Part shown: piece by piece, positions 63,138 to 64,000 of the stretch
How the letters are laid out: the number at the start of each line of letters is the position of its first letter
Numbering within the stretch: the first letter of the stretch is position 1
DNA from: Felis catus
Taxonomy: Eukaryota
Direction: 5' to 3'
Assembly (NCBI RefSeq): GCF_018350175.1
Contig: NC_058368.1
Location: 93,808,001-93,872,000 of the forward strand
Length of the DNA: 64,000 nucleotides
Position numbers and translations under genes: made by a program
Notes under the pieces: model-generated
Databases searched by the model: none
Told to the model about the DNA's origin: nothing
Seen by the model: the letters and a program-made list of their open reading frames with translations, nothing else

Positions 63138-63821
63138 ATAAATTCTAAAGTTTAACATTTGTGAAGTGCTCCGAAGAGTTTCAGTGCTGGTGGCCTGCTG
63201 CAGTTGATTTGCAAACCTGAAAAACAGCTGGGCATTTGGGAACAGCGACTTGCTCCCTAGGGGCTGTGCAGCGAGGGCTCTGTTTTGGCTTCGTCACTAT
63301 ACACAGTTTATTTGTCACCAAGAAAAAAGTGATGGGTGTGCACATAGCGGATTATAGAAACAGCCTTACCCAATATCGTAAAGCACTCCCTGTATACATT
63401 ATTTATTGTTGACGGCAGGGAACACAAATTTATTCTGTTTTGAGGAGAACGGAGGTTCATTAAAGGAAGGGCTATGACAGAGCATCAACAAAACCCGGTA
63501 CCTTCCTGCCTAAAATTTAAACGAGCCTCACAAAATTAAACGCTTGGTGAGTTTTCCAGTCCCTAATTGGTGATGGGCCCTACCAGAAACCCACTCATGC
63601 ATTTATGCAGAATTTAACAAAAATGGCAAATGGCAATTGCTGCTAGATAAACCACTCAGACTCACGACGGCTTCTGGGTGTTTACCTCCAGCGTCTTACT
63701 CTGGCCTGCCACCGGCCTGCCTGTCTGCTTCCTGGTCATGGGCCAAGGGGGCCCAGCGCATACATATTCTTGAGGCATGTCTTAATATATATATTCCAGA
63801 AAAATAAAAAACAATAACAAA

Positions 63822-63948
63822 CTGTGGGTTGATGGGGGGTGGGAGGGAAGGGGGGTGGGTGATGGGCACTGAGGAGGGCACCTGTTGGGATGAGCACTGG
63901 GTGTTGTATGGAAACCAATTTGACAATTTCATTTAAAAAAACAACAAC
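63822..63948 (+). mobile_element. Severely 5'-truncated young felid L1 3' end
   Basis: Matches the 3' end of the L1 at 19630 (gagggcacctgttgggatgagcactgggtgttgtatggaaaccaatttgacaat); TSD aaaaacaataacaaa. Confidence 0.9.
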
Positions 63949-64000
63949 AAAAACAATAACAAAAACACCAACCCTAATTCTGCATGGCTGAGTTTTCTTC

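Noticed and set aside
1..64000. CRISPR arrays, operons or prokaryotic defence systems
   Set aside because: Mammalian repeat-rich DNA; the repeats are dispersed retroposons with TSDs, not regularly spaced arrays

Overview
Mammalian nuclear DNA from a felid, judged from the feline-type tRNA-derived Can-SINEs and felid L1s. The window is repeat-dense and intergenic or intronic, and I can support no host protein-coding exon. Nearly all listed ORFs are chance frames inside SINEs and LINEs. Main elements: (1) a full-length ~6 kb L1 on the minus strand with an intact ORF1 and a broken ORF2, inserted inside a SINE with a 16-bp TSD; (2) a CpG-rich 380-bp gammaretrovirus-like solo LTR with a 4-bp TSD, inserted inside another SINE; (3) an old ~465-bp NUMT covering 16S 3' end, tRNA-Leu(UUR) and the ND1 5' part; (4) a composite L1 in which two overlapping 3' segments share one 17-bp TSD; (5) roughly 60 Can-SINEs plus ancient L1M, L2, MIR, MaLR/ERVL LTRs and hAT MITEs. 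Smaller insertion oddities include a solo poly(A) with TSD, a ~68-bp flanking duplication, a triplicated TSD and a local copy of a SINE with its flank. I found no evidence of a genuinely new biological system. Repeat family names come from recalled consensus motifs, and the boundaries of old repeats are approximate.
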